A stretch of 63,307 nucleotides of DNA, counting the filler, from Octopus bimaculoides (lineage: Eukaryota): NCBI RefSeq assembly GCF_001194135.2. It is 5 parts of 5 records of this genome, joined end to end, with 100 filler letters (N's around TTAATTAATTAA, not from the genome) between each part and the next. Parts side by side here need not be neighbours in the genome. Positions count along the whole stretch, not along the records: positions 28,749 to 55,009 come from NC_068996.1; 4 more parts are not named here. The stretch is one strand, 5' to 3'. Shown piece by piece: positions 40,701-53,982 of this stretch. The position numbers were made by a program, and so were the translations under genes. How positions within the stretch are numbered: the stretch's first letter is position 1; each line of letters opens with the position of its first letter. The notes under the pieces were generated by a model. It saw only the letters and a list, made by a program, of their open reading frames with translations. It searched no databases and was not told the DNA's origin.

Positions 40701-41334
40701 TAAAATACGAAACCATGAGTGCCGACAGCAATAACACCCGTCAGCAGTCGATAACTCTGTCTAGTTTGACGTTGAAAAGATCAAAAAATATAGCCCTTCC
40801 TTTGTTTGCCACAGGCTAACAAACAAAAGGAATGATTTATGCATGTATGTAAATACCGTATATATGTATGTATATTATGTACGTATGCTCGTATGTATGT
40901 TTGCTTACGTATGTATGCATGTATGTGTATCTAAGCATATANNNNNNNNNNNNNNNNNNNNNNNNNNNNNNNNNNNNNNNNNNNNNNNNNNNNNNNNNNN
41001 NNNNNNNNNNNNNNNNNNNNNNNNNNNNNNNNNNNNNNNNNNNNNNNNNNNNNNNNNNNNNNNNNNNNNNNNNNNNNNNNNNNNNNNNNNNNNNNNNNNN
41101 TATAGGTATATGTATGTATATATGTAAATATTTTGTTCTGTTTATATATTATATATTATGTAATGGCTTTGTTTATGCATGATTTGTTTCATTGTGTCTG
41201 GTCGTTTTATATATCGACAGCATTTATCTCATGAATATGTATATCCAAATACATAGCATATAAACATTAGCATTATGCGTAAAACATTCACAAGCACACA
41301 GCCATGCATATAAACACACACATATACATTCATA

Positions 41335-41645
41335 GTGAAGGCGTGTGACTTAGTAGTTATGAAATTCGAATCATGATCGTAAGGTCGTGGGTTCGATGCC
41401 CGGCAGTTCGTTGTGTCCTAGATCATGACAGTTTATTTCACGCTGCTCAGCAGGCAAAAATGATTTGTACCTGTAATTTAAAGGGCCGGTTTTGTCTCGT
41501 TCCGTGTCGCTCTGAATCAGCCTGAGAACTACGTTAAGAGTACGTGTGTTTCTGGAATGCTCGGCCACTTTCACGTTAATATCACGACCAGGCTGTTCCA
41601 TTGGGCGGATCATCTGGAACCATCGTAGTCGTAACCGTCTCACAC
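41335..41645 (+). mobile_element. tRNA-derived SINE related to family C, different 3' body
   Basis: GAAGGCGTGTGACTTAGTAG...GGGTTCGATGCC head. The body CACTTTCACGTTAATATCACGACCAGGCTGTTCC also occurs inverted at ~21150-21365. Confidence 0.75.
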
Positions 41646-41912
41646 AAACACATATACGCATATACATTATGATACTCTACCAGGCTTTCTTAGGGTTGCG
41701 CAAAGCAACCAGAAACAGGTAAACCGGTAAGTGATCTCTCCTTGCTAGACATAACAATCGAAATCATCGTCGAATCACAGCCCTGGCATACGTATTTAGT
41801 TTCTCATCATGTCCCATCGTTTAGATTATACATATGCGCGCGCGCACACACGCGCAAACGCACGAATGCACACACTCACCTCATACAAACACTTGCACAC
41901 ACATACAAAAAG

Positions 41913-41945
<33 letters not shown>

Positions 41946-42754
41946 CTCGCGTGCACACACATACGCTCGCATTCACACAGACATACACATACAAAAACTA
42001 AGATAAACGCGCATACACACTCACCCACATACACTCGAAATTTATTTTAAATCTCTATTAAATTCTTATCACTATACTTTACGCGAGTATTGAGTTTTGT
42101 TTCTGTCAACAATGTTTGTATGCACATACTTATATTTAACACATTCAACAGATACGTACGTATGTTCTTTCCTGTTTTTCATTATTTAAATTCATCATTG
42201 TTGGAGTGTAGATGAAAACAATATCACATTTTAAACCTAAGAAATAGTTCTACTGTTCCGCTAACAGATTGTATTTGTAATGTAAGGCTCAGTTGGTTGA
42301 TTTCCTTTTCTCAAAATCGAAGCTGTTCTAGTGATGTCTCTAGCCAATCGAAGGTGAAATTGCATCTGATGCCATCTCAGTTGCGTTGGCGGACGGCTAG
42401 CCCCGTAGTTTATTTTACATGTGTACTGTGTTAAATTGTGGATTTCTACTTTATTATTCTACTTTATTATTTCATAGTTAGTCTGTTTCTGAAATTATCA
42501 ATATGATGATAGCGGTAGCAACTGCTGCTTCTTCTGGGGGTTTTCTTGTTTTTTATTTGTTTTTCCATATTACAATGTGCTATAATTGCTCTTCGTATTA
42601 AACGCATGGCTAACCGACGAGAACAACTCATGTTTGTGTGTTTGATCTAACAGTTTGAGACACGAATTTTTACAACTTAAATGTTTACATAGAAATTCGT
42701 GTATTACATTGATTGTCTGAAGTATGTTCTGTGGTTTGTTGGTTTTATGTTTCT

Positions 42755-42834
<80 letters not shown>

Positions 42835-42878
42835 GCCCGCGCGCGTGATGTGTGCGTGTGTGTGTGTGTGTGGACGAG

Positions 42879-43458
42879 CAGGTCCGGTTTTAAGCCACTT
42901 CGGCAAGTTTGTCAAAATGGGACCCAAGAGAGGGACTCATGCACACGTTCGAGCGGAGGATGCTATAATGAATTACATATTTCCTTATATTTTCATTGCT
43001 TTGAGGATTTACTTAACAATACCCGTAACAGATGCATCAGGTAAAAAAAGTTTTCCAAACCTAAAACTTATTAAATCATACCGACGGTCAACAATTTCAT
43101 AAGAGATGCTAAATAATTTACCGATGCTATCTATAGAAAATGACATTACTAAAAATATTAACTTTCAAATGGTTTTCAAAGTCTTCTCGGATAAATAAGT
43201 CTGTTTTTAGAAGACCTCTTCACAAAATTGTTAGTCAGTGATTATCTTGACTTGTAATAAAACATTAAAACTTTCATATGAGCTTTCAGTTTTTAGTATA
43301 TCATTGTGGCTAATGGTGGAGTCTGAAACGCTCAAACCTTTTTGACCGGGACGGGCGTACGATACGAAGCATAAAACATCAATCTTCAGCTTTTGTAGAG
43401 TAGAGGGTCCCACTGACATTTCTCTAACTAGAACCCACACCTTCTAGCACCGCCCCTA
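42879..43458 (+). mobile_element. Non-autonomous hAT element retaining the C-terminal dimerisation domain
   Basis: IALRIYLTIPVTDASGKKSFPNLKLIKSYRRSTIS*EMLNNLPMLSIEND is hATC-like. Ends are CAGG.../...CCCTA, with a candidate 8-bp TSD TGGACGAG/TCGATGAG (6/8). Confidence 0.8.
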
Positions 43459-44442
43459 TCGATGAGGAGAGATTTTCGTATTATATTCCTAGATTTAGTC
43501 AATACTGAAACTCAATATATATTCTACCCTACTTTATGATTTCCGAATGTTATATTCAACCATTTTATTATTAAGATTCATTAGTAGTATACATGTCGTT
43601 TCTATGCCTAAAATTTAGTGAGTGTTTTATCTTAAATATGTGAATGAGAATATGTTCTTTTACGACTCTAGTGCTTGGTCTGCAAAAGGCTTTGAACATT
43701 AATTATTGTCTTTTTAATTATAGCATCATCGGTAAGTAATAATATAAATTATTCTTAGATCATCATTGATGGCTGATAACACTGTGTAATTTAACTTTTG
43801 TCCTTGGGTAGCAACTGTTATTTTGTTACTTGTTTACTCTTAGAAAGTATGAAAACTGGCCAATATTTCATTCAAACATTGCTTTAGTTACATTTATTCA
43901 AGCTCCAAAGAATCCCTCTCAACACATAAAGTTGCCCTACTATGCAGTTGCCCTACTACTCTAGCTCATCATCAGAGATGCACATATTGTGAACCACTGA
44001 GGGACATGCTCAAGTGGTTAAGGTCAAGCAACTGATAGGTAAATCTATGGTATTGAGTAGAATATTTGTCATAACGATATTTCTGCTTCAGCAATTCGGC
44101 GTTGAATCTGTCAGAAATGTAGTGAAAAATAGATCAGTTTCAAAACATTGATGTCCGGAGACAAAAACAAAAATAGTAGTCATTTCCCTTGGATTCTAGA
44201 TAGAAGTAAATAGGAAATAACACTTACTGACCAAAGACGAAAAAATACATAAAAATGTTCTTACAGTGTAATCGATGATTCAATCAAAGAGGTCAGTTGC
44301 AGACCTGCAACCGTATCTGACTCCCCTGTTGATAGAAAACAAATTAGAGTCCTTCCCATTTGCACGCACGCAGCTCTCGGCACTGCTATAAAGCGCGCCT
44401 GTTGTGGGTGACGATTACTTCTATTGATAGGAAGAGCACAGC

Positions 44443-44790
44443 TTAGGAGGATCTTGGTGAAGAGTTTGCCTGGGATGAGGAGGAAGGTATTATCCTTGTG
44501 GCTGCTGTAGACAAGGTCGTTGCCCTTCCGTTTTCAGAAAGCGAGGATGATGATTCGAGTTCAACCATTGGGAATAGTTCTGTGGACTTTACTTTCATTC
44601 GACGCTGCAGATGCAGGTTAGAAGAGGTCACGTGTTGGAAGAGATTACGGGAGATCTCCAGAGGCTTGACTTCACCTTGGAGAATGCAGTGGGGCTGGCA
44701 TGAGATCGCCAGTGGTCGAGAGCACTGGAGAAGCTGGTCGGCTCTACTCATGTGCACATCTCTAGGACCATTAATATGGAATGATCCCAA
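44443..44790 (-). CDS. Candidate terminal coding exon of an unidentified host gene
   Basis: Acceptor ...CTCTTACTTGATACAG|TTG, then 115 open codons (LGSFHINGPRDVHMSRADQLLQCSRPL...SSPRSS*). Non-repetitive and GC-richer than the flanks. Confidence 0.5.
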   Translation of the reverse strand: MGSFHINGPRDVHMSRADQLLQCSRPLAISCQPHCILQGEVKPLEISRNLFQHVTSSNLHLQRRMKVKSTELFPMVELESSSSLSENGRATTLSTAATRIIPSSSSQANSSPRSS

Positions 44791-45019
44791 CTGTATCAAG
44801 TAAGAGCAAATAATATATATCTATATCTATATCTATCTATCTATCTATCTATATCTATCTCTCTCTCTGTCTCTCTCTCTCTCTCTCTCTATANNNNNNN
44901 NNNNNNNNNNNNNNNNNNNNNNNNNNNNNNNNNNNNNATATATATATATATATATATATATATATACTAGCATATATATATTTATACTAGCAGAGATAGC
45001 CGGCCTTGCGTGGGATTAG

Positions 45020-48000
45020 AATGGCATAGACTAAAACCTAAACATAAACCTAACTATAACCCTAACCATAGCTCTAACCCTAACACTAAACCTAACGCTA
45101 ACCCTACCCCTAAACCAACCCTTAAGCCTAACCCTCACTCTAATCCTGACCTTGACCCTGCCCCTAGCCCTTAACCTAGCATTAATACTAACAATATCCC
45201 TAAACCTAAACCTCACATACCCCTATCACTAACCCTAACACTAATACTAGCCCTAAACCAAATACAAGCCCTAGCCCTATATCTAACCCTAACACTAAAC
45301 CTAACACTAACAATAGCCCTAAATATAAATCTAACCCTAACGCTAACCATAACACGAACTTAACCCTACACCTAATCATAAACTTAACGTAATCCCTAAC
45401 TCTGAACTTAAACCTAACCGTAACCCTAACACTAAATATAACCCTAAACCTAACGCCAACCCTAAACCTAAACCTAACCCAAAACTAAACCCTAACCGTA
45501 AAACTAACCCTAACCCTAATCCTAAAACTAACCCTAACCATATCCCTAACCCTAAAACTAACACTATCTGTAACTCTAAATTTAATGGTAACACTATTCC
45601 TAACAGAAACCTTAACATTAATCCCAAACTTAATCCTAGACCTAATCCTTACCCTAATCCTAGACCTAAACCTAACACTAACCCAGAACATAACACCAAC
45701 CCAAAACCTAACCCTAACACTAACACTAACCCTAACACTAAACCTAAAGCTAATACTAACTCTAACACTAACACACTCCCTAACCCTAACCCTAGACGTA
45801 AACCTAACGCTAAACTTAAACCTAACCCTACCGCTAACCCCAAACCTATCCCTCATCCTTACCCTCACACGAAACTTAAACCTAACCCTAACACTAAACC
45901 TAACCTTAACACTAACACTAACCCTAATCCTAACCATAACACTAACATTAACCCTAACCTAAAGATAACACAAGACCTAAACCTAACCCTGACTTTAACC
46001 CGAACCATAACACTAACCCTAATCCTAACCCTAACCCTAAACCTAACCATGACCCTAACCCTAACCCTAAACCTAACAATAACACTAACACTAACACTAA
46101 AACTCACCCTAACCTTAAAGCTAACGCTAAAACTAACCTAACACTAAAACCAAACCTAACCTTAACCCTAACTCTAACCCTAAACCTAACTCTAACCCAC
46201 AGCTTAAAACTAAATCCAACAAAAGCACTAACCCTAACTCTGACCCTCACCCTAACACTGACTCTATCCCTATCCCTAACCTTAGCCCTAAAATTAACCC
46301 TAACCCTAAACCTAACCCTAACTAACCCTAAGCCTCGACCTCACCCTAACTCGAAAATCAGCCCAAACCCTAACCCTAACGCTAACTCTAATCTTAACCC
46401 TATCCCCAACACTAAAACCTAAACACAAACCTAACTCTAACCCTAACCATAACTATAACCCTAACACTAAACCTAACGCTAACCCTACTCCTAAACCAAA
46501 CCTTAAACCTAACCCTCACTCTAATCCTGACCTTGACCCTGCCCCTAGCCCTAAACCTAGCATTAATACTAACAATACCCCTAAATCTAAACCTCACATA
46601 CCCCTAACACTAACCCTAACACTAACCCTAAACCTAAACACAAAACCCCAACCCTAACCTCAAGCCAACTCTAAATCTAACATAAGCATAGCCCTAACCC
46701 CAAACCTAATACTAAACTGAATCCTAGCCCTAACACAAAATCTAACCCTGACCCAAAAGAAACTCTAACGATAACCCTAACACTAAAGCCGTCCCTAACC
46801 CTAAACGTAACACTAACCCGACCCCTAACACGAACCGTAAACCTAACCCCAACCTTAAACATAAAACTAACCTTAACGATAACACCAAACCTAACCCAAA
46901 CTCTAACACTCAATCCCACATTAAACCTGACCCTAACACTAAACATAAACCTAGACCTAACTCTAAAACCAACCTTAACCTTAACCCGAAGCCTAAACCT
47001 AGCGCTAATCCTAGCACTGACCCTATCCCTAACCCTAAACTCAACACTAAACCTAACCAAAACCATAAAACTAAATCACCCTAAACCTAACCCTAAACAA
47101 ACACTAACCCTACCTATAACCCTAACACTAACCCTTATCCTAAACCTAGCCATAAACCTAATCTTCACCCTAAACCTAACATTAACGCTTGAAATAAACC
47201 TAACCATAACTCTAACCCTAACCCTATACGTAACCTTAAACCAAACCCTAATCCTAGCACTAAAATTAACCTTAACACTAAACCTAAACTTAACCCTAAC
47301 CCTAACCCGAACCCGAACTATAAAACTAACTACAATCCAAACACTAAACCCAACCCCAAACCTGAAAATTTGCCTAACCCTAACACTAAACCTAAATGTA
47401 ACCATAACCATAACACTAACACTAGCCCTAAACCTAAACCTAACGCTAACACTAACATTAACACTAAACCTAAACATAGACCTAAACCTAACACTAACCC
47501 TAACCCTAACCCTACGCCTAACTATAAACCTAACCCGAACCCTAATTCTAAACATAACCCTATCCGTAACCCTAACACTAAACATAAACCTAACCCTAAC
47601 TCTAAACCTAAACCTCGCATTAACTTTAATCCTAACAATAAATCCGACCCTAAACCTATCCCTAACGCTAACACTGACCATAACTATAACACTAAACCTA
47701 ACCCTAACCCTGACCCTCATCCTAACCCACACACTAACCCCAAACCTAACGCTACACATAAACCTAGACCTAACCCTAGCCGTAAACTTAACATTAACAT
47801 TAAACTTAACTCTAAACCTAACGAGAAACATAAAGCCAACCCTAATCCTAAATTTAATCATAACCATAACACTAACCCTAATCCTAAATGTAACCCTAAC
47901 TATATCCCTAACCTTAACACTAACACTATCTGAAACCCTAACCTTAACTATAACAGTGCCCCTAACACAAACCCTAACACTAATCCCAGCCTTCATCCTA

Positions 48001-48945
48001 GACCTCAAAACTTACCCTAACTGTAACACTAGACCTAAACCTAACTCTAACGCTAAAACTAACCCTAAACCTAGACATAACACTCACCCTAATCCTAAAC
48101 CTAACTCTAAACCTAACTGTAACCCTAAGTCTAATAATAACACTAACCCGAAACATAACCCTAAACCTAACTCTATCCCTACACATAAACCTAACCCTGC
48201 CACTAGCCACAAACCTAACTGTAACCTTAACCCTAACCCTAAACCTNNNNNNNNNNTAAACCTAACTCTATCCCTACACATAAACCTAACCCTGCCACTA
48301 GCCACAAACCTAACTGTAACCTTAACCCTAACCCTAAACCTAACTCTAATCATAACCCTAAACCTAACACCAACCCTAAACGTAAAACTAGCCCTAACAC
48401 TAAACCGAAATCTAACACTCACCCTTACCCTAAGCCTTACCCTAACCATTACACAAAATCTACCCTAACACTAACCCCAAAAGTAATCATAAACCTACCC
48501 TTAAACCTAAACCTAACATAAAACCTAACCCTTAGCCTAACCCTGACGCTAACCTTATCCTTAGCCCTAAACCTAGCCCTAAACCTAACCCTAACCCTAA
48601 TCTAAAGCCTACGCTTAACACTAACATCAAACCTAACACTAACACTAAAACTAACCTAAAACTTAACCCTAACCCCAAACCTAACGCTAAGCCTAACCCT
48701 AACCCTAACCTTAAACCTAACCCTATCACTAAATCTAACCCTAACCCTAACCCTAACAATAACCCTAACACTAACACTAACCTTAACCCTACATCTAACC
48801 CTAACTCTCAACCTAACCTAACCTAAGCCTAACACTACGCCTAACTCTAAACCTAACCCAAACACTAACCCTAACCCTAAACCTAACACTAAAACTAATC
48901 ATAACCCTAACACTAACGATAAAACTGAAACAAACCCTAAATATA
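45020..48945 (+). repeat. Interstitial degenerate telomere-like (CCCTAA)n array, ~3.9 kb
   Basis: Hexamer variants CCCTAA/CACTAA/CCTAAA/CCTTAA throughout; the internal block 45030-45240 recurs at 46412-46620. Confidence 0.9.
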
Positions 48946-49861
48946 ACGTGTATGTATGTAAGCATTGAACCTGTATATTTATATATACACACACACGCAC
49001 ATACACACGCACACACACACTCACACACACACACAAACATATATATATATATTCTTTACTTATACAGATGTTTATATATATCAATATCTGCACATAACCG
49101 GTACTCATATGTATATGGATACGTGTATACCCACACATATGTGCATCTGCATGTTATATTGCCCCTGTACAAGCGTGTATATATACCGTGTATATATATA
49201 TACATTCACACATACACACGCACATACGTATGCGCACATACAAATACACGGACATATGCACGGATGCACGCACGGGCGATTATAATTAGATGGTTGTGAT
49301 ATTCAAGTATGAGTATGAGTGAGGAGTTAGATAGGGGTTAGAAGTTAAAATATAGATTTATAAGGCCATAGGGATTACCAAAAGAGTATTGTGGAAATGT
49401 ACTGTACGGTCATTTTGGCATTTGGATTTGTGGTAGAATTTGAATGTGTGGAAAAAGCGGTGGTATATATATATATATGGAGTGCAAGATGTGGGCTTAG
49501 CCCCATTTGGCATCTATCTGTAGCATGTTTGTGTTGTTTATCAGCACCCTTTATCATAATTATATCTTTATAATTATATATTAGTATTAGCTGTTACCTA
49601 TATGGTTTTTATTTTATGCTGGCCACTTGATGGAATCTTTATAATGATTTTATCTTTAATTATGTATAAATACATATTTTTTTTACTCCGGTCAATTTAT
49701 ATTCACTTCGGTATTATTTTTGTCGTAAAAGCACGTGGTTGAGGGGAATAAATTAGATATGACTCATATGTAGGTGTGAATTTATGTATATATATACGTG
49801 TGGATATGGTATCCACACGTATGGTATGTATAAATATTTGCATTTATGTACTGTGGAGTAT

Positions 49862-49919
49862 ATTATACTGAAGACGGCAGAGGGATTTTATATCCCTAAG
49901 CTAGAAATCGATCTATAAT
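49862..49919 (+). ncRNA. Type I minimal hammerhead ribozyme-like motif (PLE-type)
   Basis: ATTATA-CTGAAGA-[stem II with AGGGA/TCCCT]-GAAA-TCGATC-TATAAT. Stem I is ATTATA/TATAAT, stem III is the palindrome ATCGAT, and the cleavage triplet is AUC. The base of stem II is mismatched. Confidence 0.55.
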
Positions 49920-51204
49920 TAATCCTTTCTAAAAAAAAAATCTTCTATATATACTTACTGTTAACAAAAGTCGGGATGCGTGGCATTCAGTCACTCAATA
50001 TGAGAGATGCATTAAATACTAAAAAACGTACACACAGGACACATAAGGACCCTAATTCTTCTTCAGTTATCAACCGAAATGTTAATACACATTCTCATAT
50101 CGGCAGCACCCGCAAAATTTGCTCGAGCAAACAAAACGATACAGAATGGACGTACGAACGTACACAAATGTAGTTTAAAACGATTGACGAAGACAGAACA
50201 AATACGGCCTTTCGGTCAAACACGCGAGAATGGTGGGTAACGGGTGGAAGAAATCCTGAATGGATATTATAGAAAGAGAAATAGCAAGAGAGGAGATAGA
50301 TATTGACCGGCAAGCTAGGCGTCCAGTGACGAAAGGCAGAGAGATGAGAAAATTAGTCACGGATCACGTGTGAGTAGAAGATAGTGGTGAAGGAGATTAT
50401 ATAAATACACACATATATGAATGTCCGATTGTGTTTTGTGCTTTGTGCTTTTTGTTCTATCTTTATTGCATGGTTTGTTTTACGGCTTTAATTTAACAGC
50501 CTTTCTTTATCAGTGTAAAACATTATTTATACACTTAATTATTTTTATATTATATTTTATTTGTTATTTTTCTAATCTTTGTAAATCACTTTATAAGAAG
50601 AGTTCTGCATTATAACCCAGTTTTTTCGTGTAAATGAGTAGCGAACTACAACTATCAAGATGTATTACAATGCAAATAAGCGAAACCGATGTTACAAAAC
50701 GTGGTACATTTTGACAAGTCATCTGACGAGACACATCTGCACCAATGATGCGCCATAACTGCTTGTACAGCATCTCACCCGCGACACACCGAAACAAGTT
50801 TTGTGATATCATGTCTCATTCAAATAGGGAGTTGTTGTTGTTGGTGTTGACAGATGTATCCAGTTATAGATGGTATATCTGTTATCCCTCGAAGAAGAAA
50901 TTTGTCCAGATTTCGTTTGTGGATGAAAGGATCTTTTCCTTTGGCTTGTTTTGAGATAACGTTAAATAATTGGCTTGTTTTGAAATAACGTTAAATAGAA
51001 CAGGGTCTAGGAATTGTGTAGGAGGTGTATTGCACGTGGGCCTAGCCTTGGATGAATTCTGAATTCAATATTAAGCTCGTTTAGGCAATGTTGGTGGTAT
51101 ATTCTCCACATTATGGAAATGATGTAGGACTCATACTAGCGCTGGAGAGAATATAACTTAGATAACTTAGATATGGTTCTATATTTAAGAGATGAGGAAT
51201 TATA

Positions 51205-51345
51205 TACATTATTTATATTTGACGGATATTTGTCCTCATCTTGTTTGTTGTTAACACAACGTTTCGGCTGATATACCCTCCAGCCTTCATCAGGTGTCTC
51301 GGGGAAATTTCGAACTTGGGTTCTCATTCCTAAGGTATTTTTCGA

Positions 51346-51387
<42 letters not shown>

Positions 51388-51692
51388 TCAGGTCACTGCC
51401 TGGAATCGAACTCGGAATATTGGGGTTAGTAGCCCGCGCTCTTAACCACTACGCCACAGGCATGTGGCGTAGTGGTTAAGAGTGCGGACTACAAACCCCA
51501 AGATTCCGAGTTCGATTCCAGGTAGTGATCTTAATAATAATATTAATAACATCGAAAAATACCTTAGGAAAGAGAACCCAGGTTCGAAATTTCCCCAAGA
51601 CACCTGAAGAAGGCTGGAGGGTATATCAGCCGAAACGTTGTGTTAACAACAAACAAGATGAGGATAGATATCCGTCAAATGTAAATAATGTA
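51205..51692. mobile_element. Head-to-head pair of tRNA-head repeats, each with a hammerhead-like PLE-type tail
   Basis: Each unit has GTGGCGTAGTGGTTAAGAG...GAGTTCGATTCC (A/B boxes), then (TAA)n, then GACAC-CTGANGA-A-GGCTG...CAGCC-GAAA-CGTT-GTGTT. A 4-nt spacer lies at 51459-51462. Confidence 0.75.
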
Positions 51693-53259
51693 AATGATTT
51701 TAATAATGAACTTAGATATGTTTCAGCAAAAGATTGGTCTAGGCTATGTCTAACTAAATACCACCAGCCGTTTGTATCTGTTAAACCATTTTAAAGTCAA
51801 ATTTTGTGTTATCCTGGCCCATTCAAGCAGGGAGTCGTTGTTGACTGAGGTATATCCAGGTATAGGTGGCTTATCTGGTATCCTTTGATCTTTATGCAGT
51901 ACAATGAAACTGGCGTCCTTGTTATGTGAAGCAATTATAATTTTCATAATCTGTATATCTTCGTAGCCTTACATTTTACACATATGTAGAGCACGTCTCT
52001 AACGATAGTTATTTTTTGTTGCTTTTCTTTGGGCGTTGCTGGAAAAAGGAAGGAGGGCAGTAAATTAATTTTCAAATATGACTTTACGTTCCAGTTTTCG
52101 TCCACCATGAGAAATCAAAAACCGTCTTCGATTCTAAAATACAAATTAAAAATCAGTGCAAAATTCTAAAATCGCCAGAAAAACACGCACGCATTCGCAC
52201 ACACGCAAACACAAACACATACATATACATATACACGCACACACACATAGATGTACTCATACAATCTGTAGGAAACAGACATGCTTTGTTAAAAAGATGC
52301 AATTATGAGTCAGTGATTTTATAACGATATCCATGAAGCGAACGACGTGGATATGGAGTCACGAAGCTGGTTCTCTTATGTTTCCTAGTACGTGATTTTT
52401 TAAAGTGAAGGCCCCATTCTGATTTCAATAGACTGGCTAATAATTGTTTTATGATGAAAAGCTGGAAACGACGAAAAAGAAAAAAAGTCAAACAAACGAA
52501 ATCAATATTTGAAAGGGAGCGCTGTCAGTCCATATCTCGGCAGTAATATAATAAGAGTAATTATCATTCAAAACCGATCTCGATTGCATCAAGCTAGCTG
52601 TTAACGGATATTAGTTCTTTCTTCAACTAATGAGATATATTGTTGGTAAAATAACTAACAGTCAATAGAACGGGTAGGATGTCTGGTTTTGGTGCAAACG
52701 GAAAATCAGAAACGTTAGGAATAACCGTAGCGTTTAGAGACAATAATATTTGGAAATAGGCTTTAGTAGTTTATTGGGTTACCTCCGTTAATCTAATCGA
52801 TAAGCCACTGAAATCTTTTCTAATAGAAATACAACTCCTGCCAGACAGCCATTTTTGATTTTGTCAGCTGATCCATGTATTGTTCATAGCATACGTCTGC
52901 CGCCTGTCTTATACAGAACAGTTCTATATATTTTGTTTCATTTATATTTTAACGAATATTATACTGGATCGTAGCAGCATGGTAGCGGAAGAGCGCCGAG
53001 GTAGAATTTACTATATTTACTTTCGTTCTTTCCCATTACGGGTTCAAATCTCATTGTGATCAATTTAATGCTTTCATGTATCAGAGATCGATTAAATGAA
53101 GAAATGGTAATAATCTACATATTGATTGTAATATTTGATTTAACTTAATTTCTCCATATTCTGAGTTGATATCCTTCCTTAATTAACTTTCCTCCCCATG
53201 TAACCAGTGGTATTGATGGAAGAATAAGTAGTAATATTAGTTTCAAATTTTGACACAAG

Positions 53260-53960
53260 GCCAGGAGTTTTAGAAGAGATAAACCGATTACATCGACCCA
53301 GTGCTCAGCTGGTACTTATTTTCAACCTGAAATAAATGAAAAGTCAATCTCGGGTGGAATTTGAACTCAGAACGTAAGGACGGACAAAATGCTGCTAAAC
53401 CCAGCATGACAACGATTCTGCGAGCTCGCCGCTTTATTTACAAAAGAATAAGTACGCCTGATGCTCAACCAATTCTGCCAACTCACTGCTAGTTAGTATT
53501 AATATTAATTTCAAATTTTGACACGTGGCAATCATGTTCGGGGAAGAAGACAAGTCGATTAAACTGATCCCAGTCTTAAAGCAAAGTCGACCTCAGTGGA
53601 ATTAGAGCTGAGAACGTGAAGACGGGCCAAATGCCGATAAGCATTTTGCCTGGCGTGCTATCGATTCTGTCAGCTCGCCGCCCTAATTAGTAATAATATT
53701 AAAACAGCCTGTCAGAGGTCGCTTCGCTTAATGATACAGAGCGTTCAGCCGGTATCTGAGAGTTACAGGGTTCGATTCTCTGTAGCCGCCTGCTGAAAAC
53801 TGTAGAGCAGGCGGAGAGCTGTCAGAATCGTTAGCTCGCCTGGCAAAATGATCAGCGGTATTCTGCTTGTATTTACGTTCTGAATTCAAATTCCGCCGAT
53901 GTCAACTTTGTCTTTCATCCTTTTCGGGTAGATAAAATAAGTACCAGTTGAGCACTTACG
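53260..53960. mobile_element. Cluster of three family B SINE copies (two on -, one on +)
   Basis: Repeated GGAATTTGAACTCAGAACGT (-) and GAGCTGTCAGAATCGTTAGC...GAATTCAAATTCCGCC (+). Confidence 0.75.
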
Positions 53961-53982
53961 CATCTTACGTTTCCTAATTGTC

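Noticed and set aside
45376-49040. Long ORFs rich in VR/LT/NP/GL
   Set aside because: They are translations of the telomere-like hexamer array.
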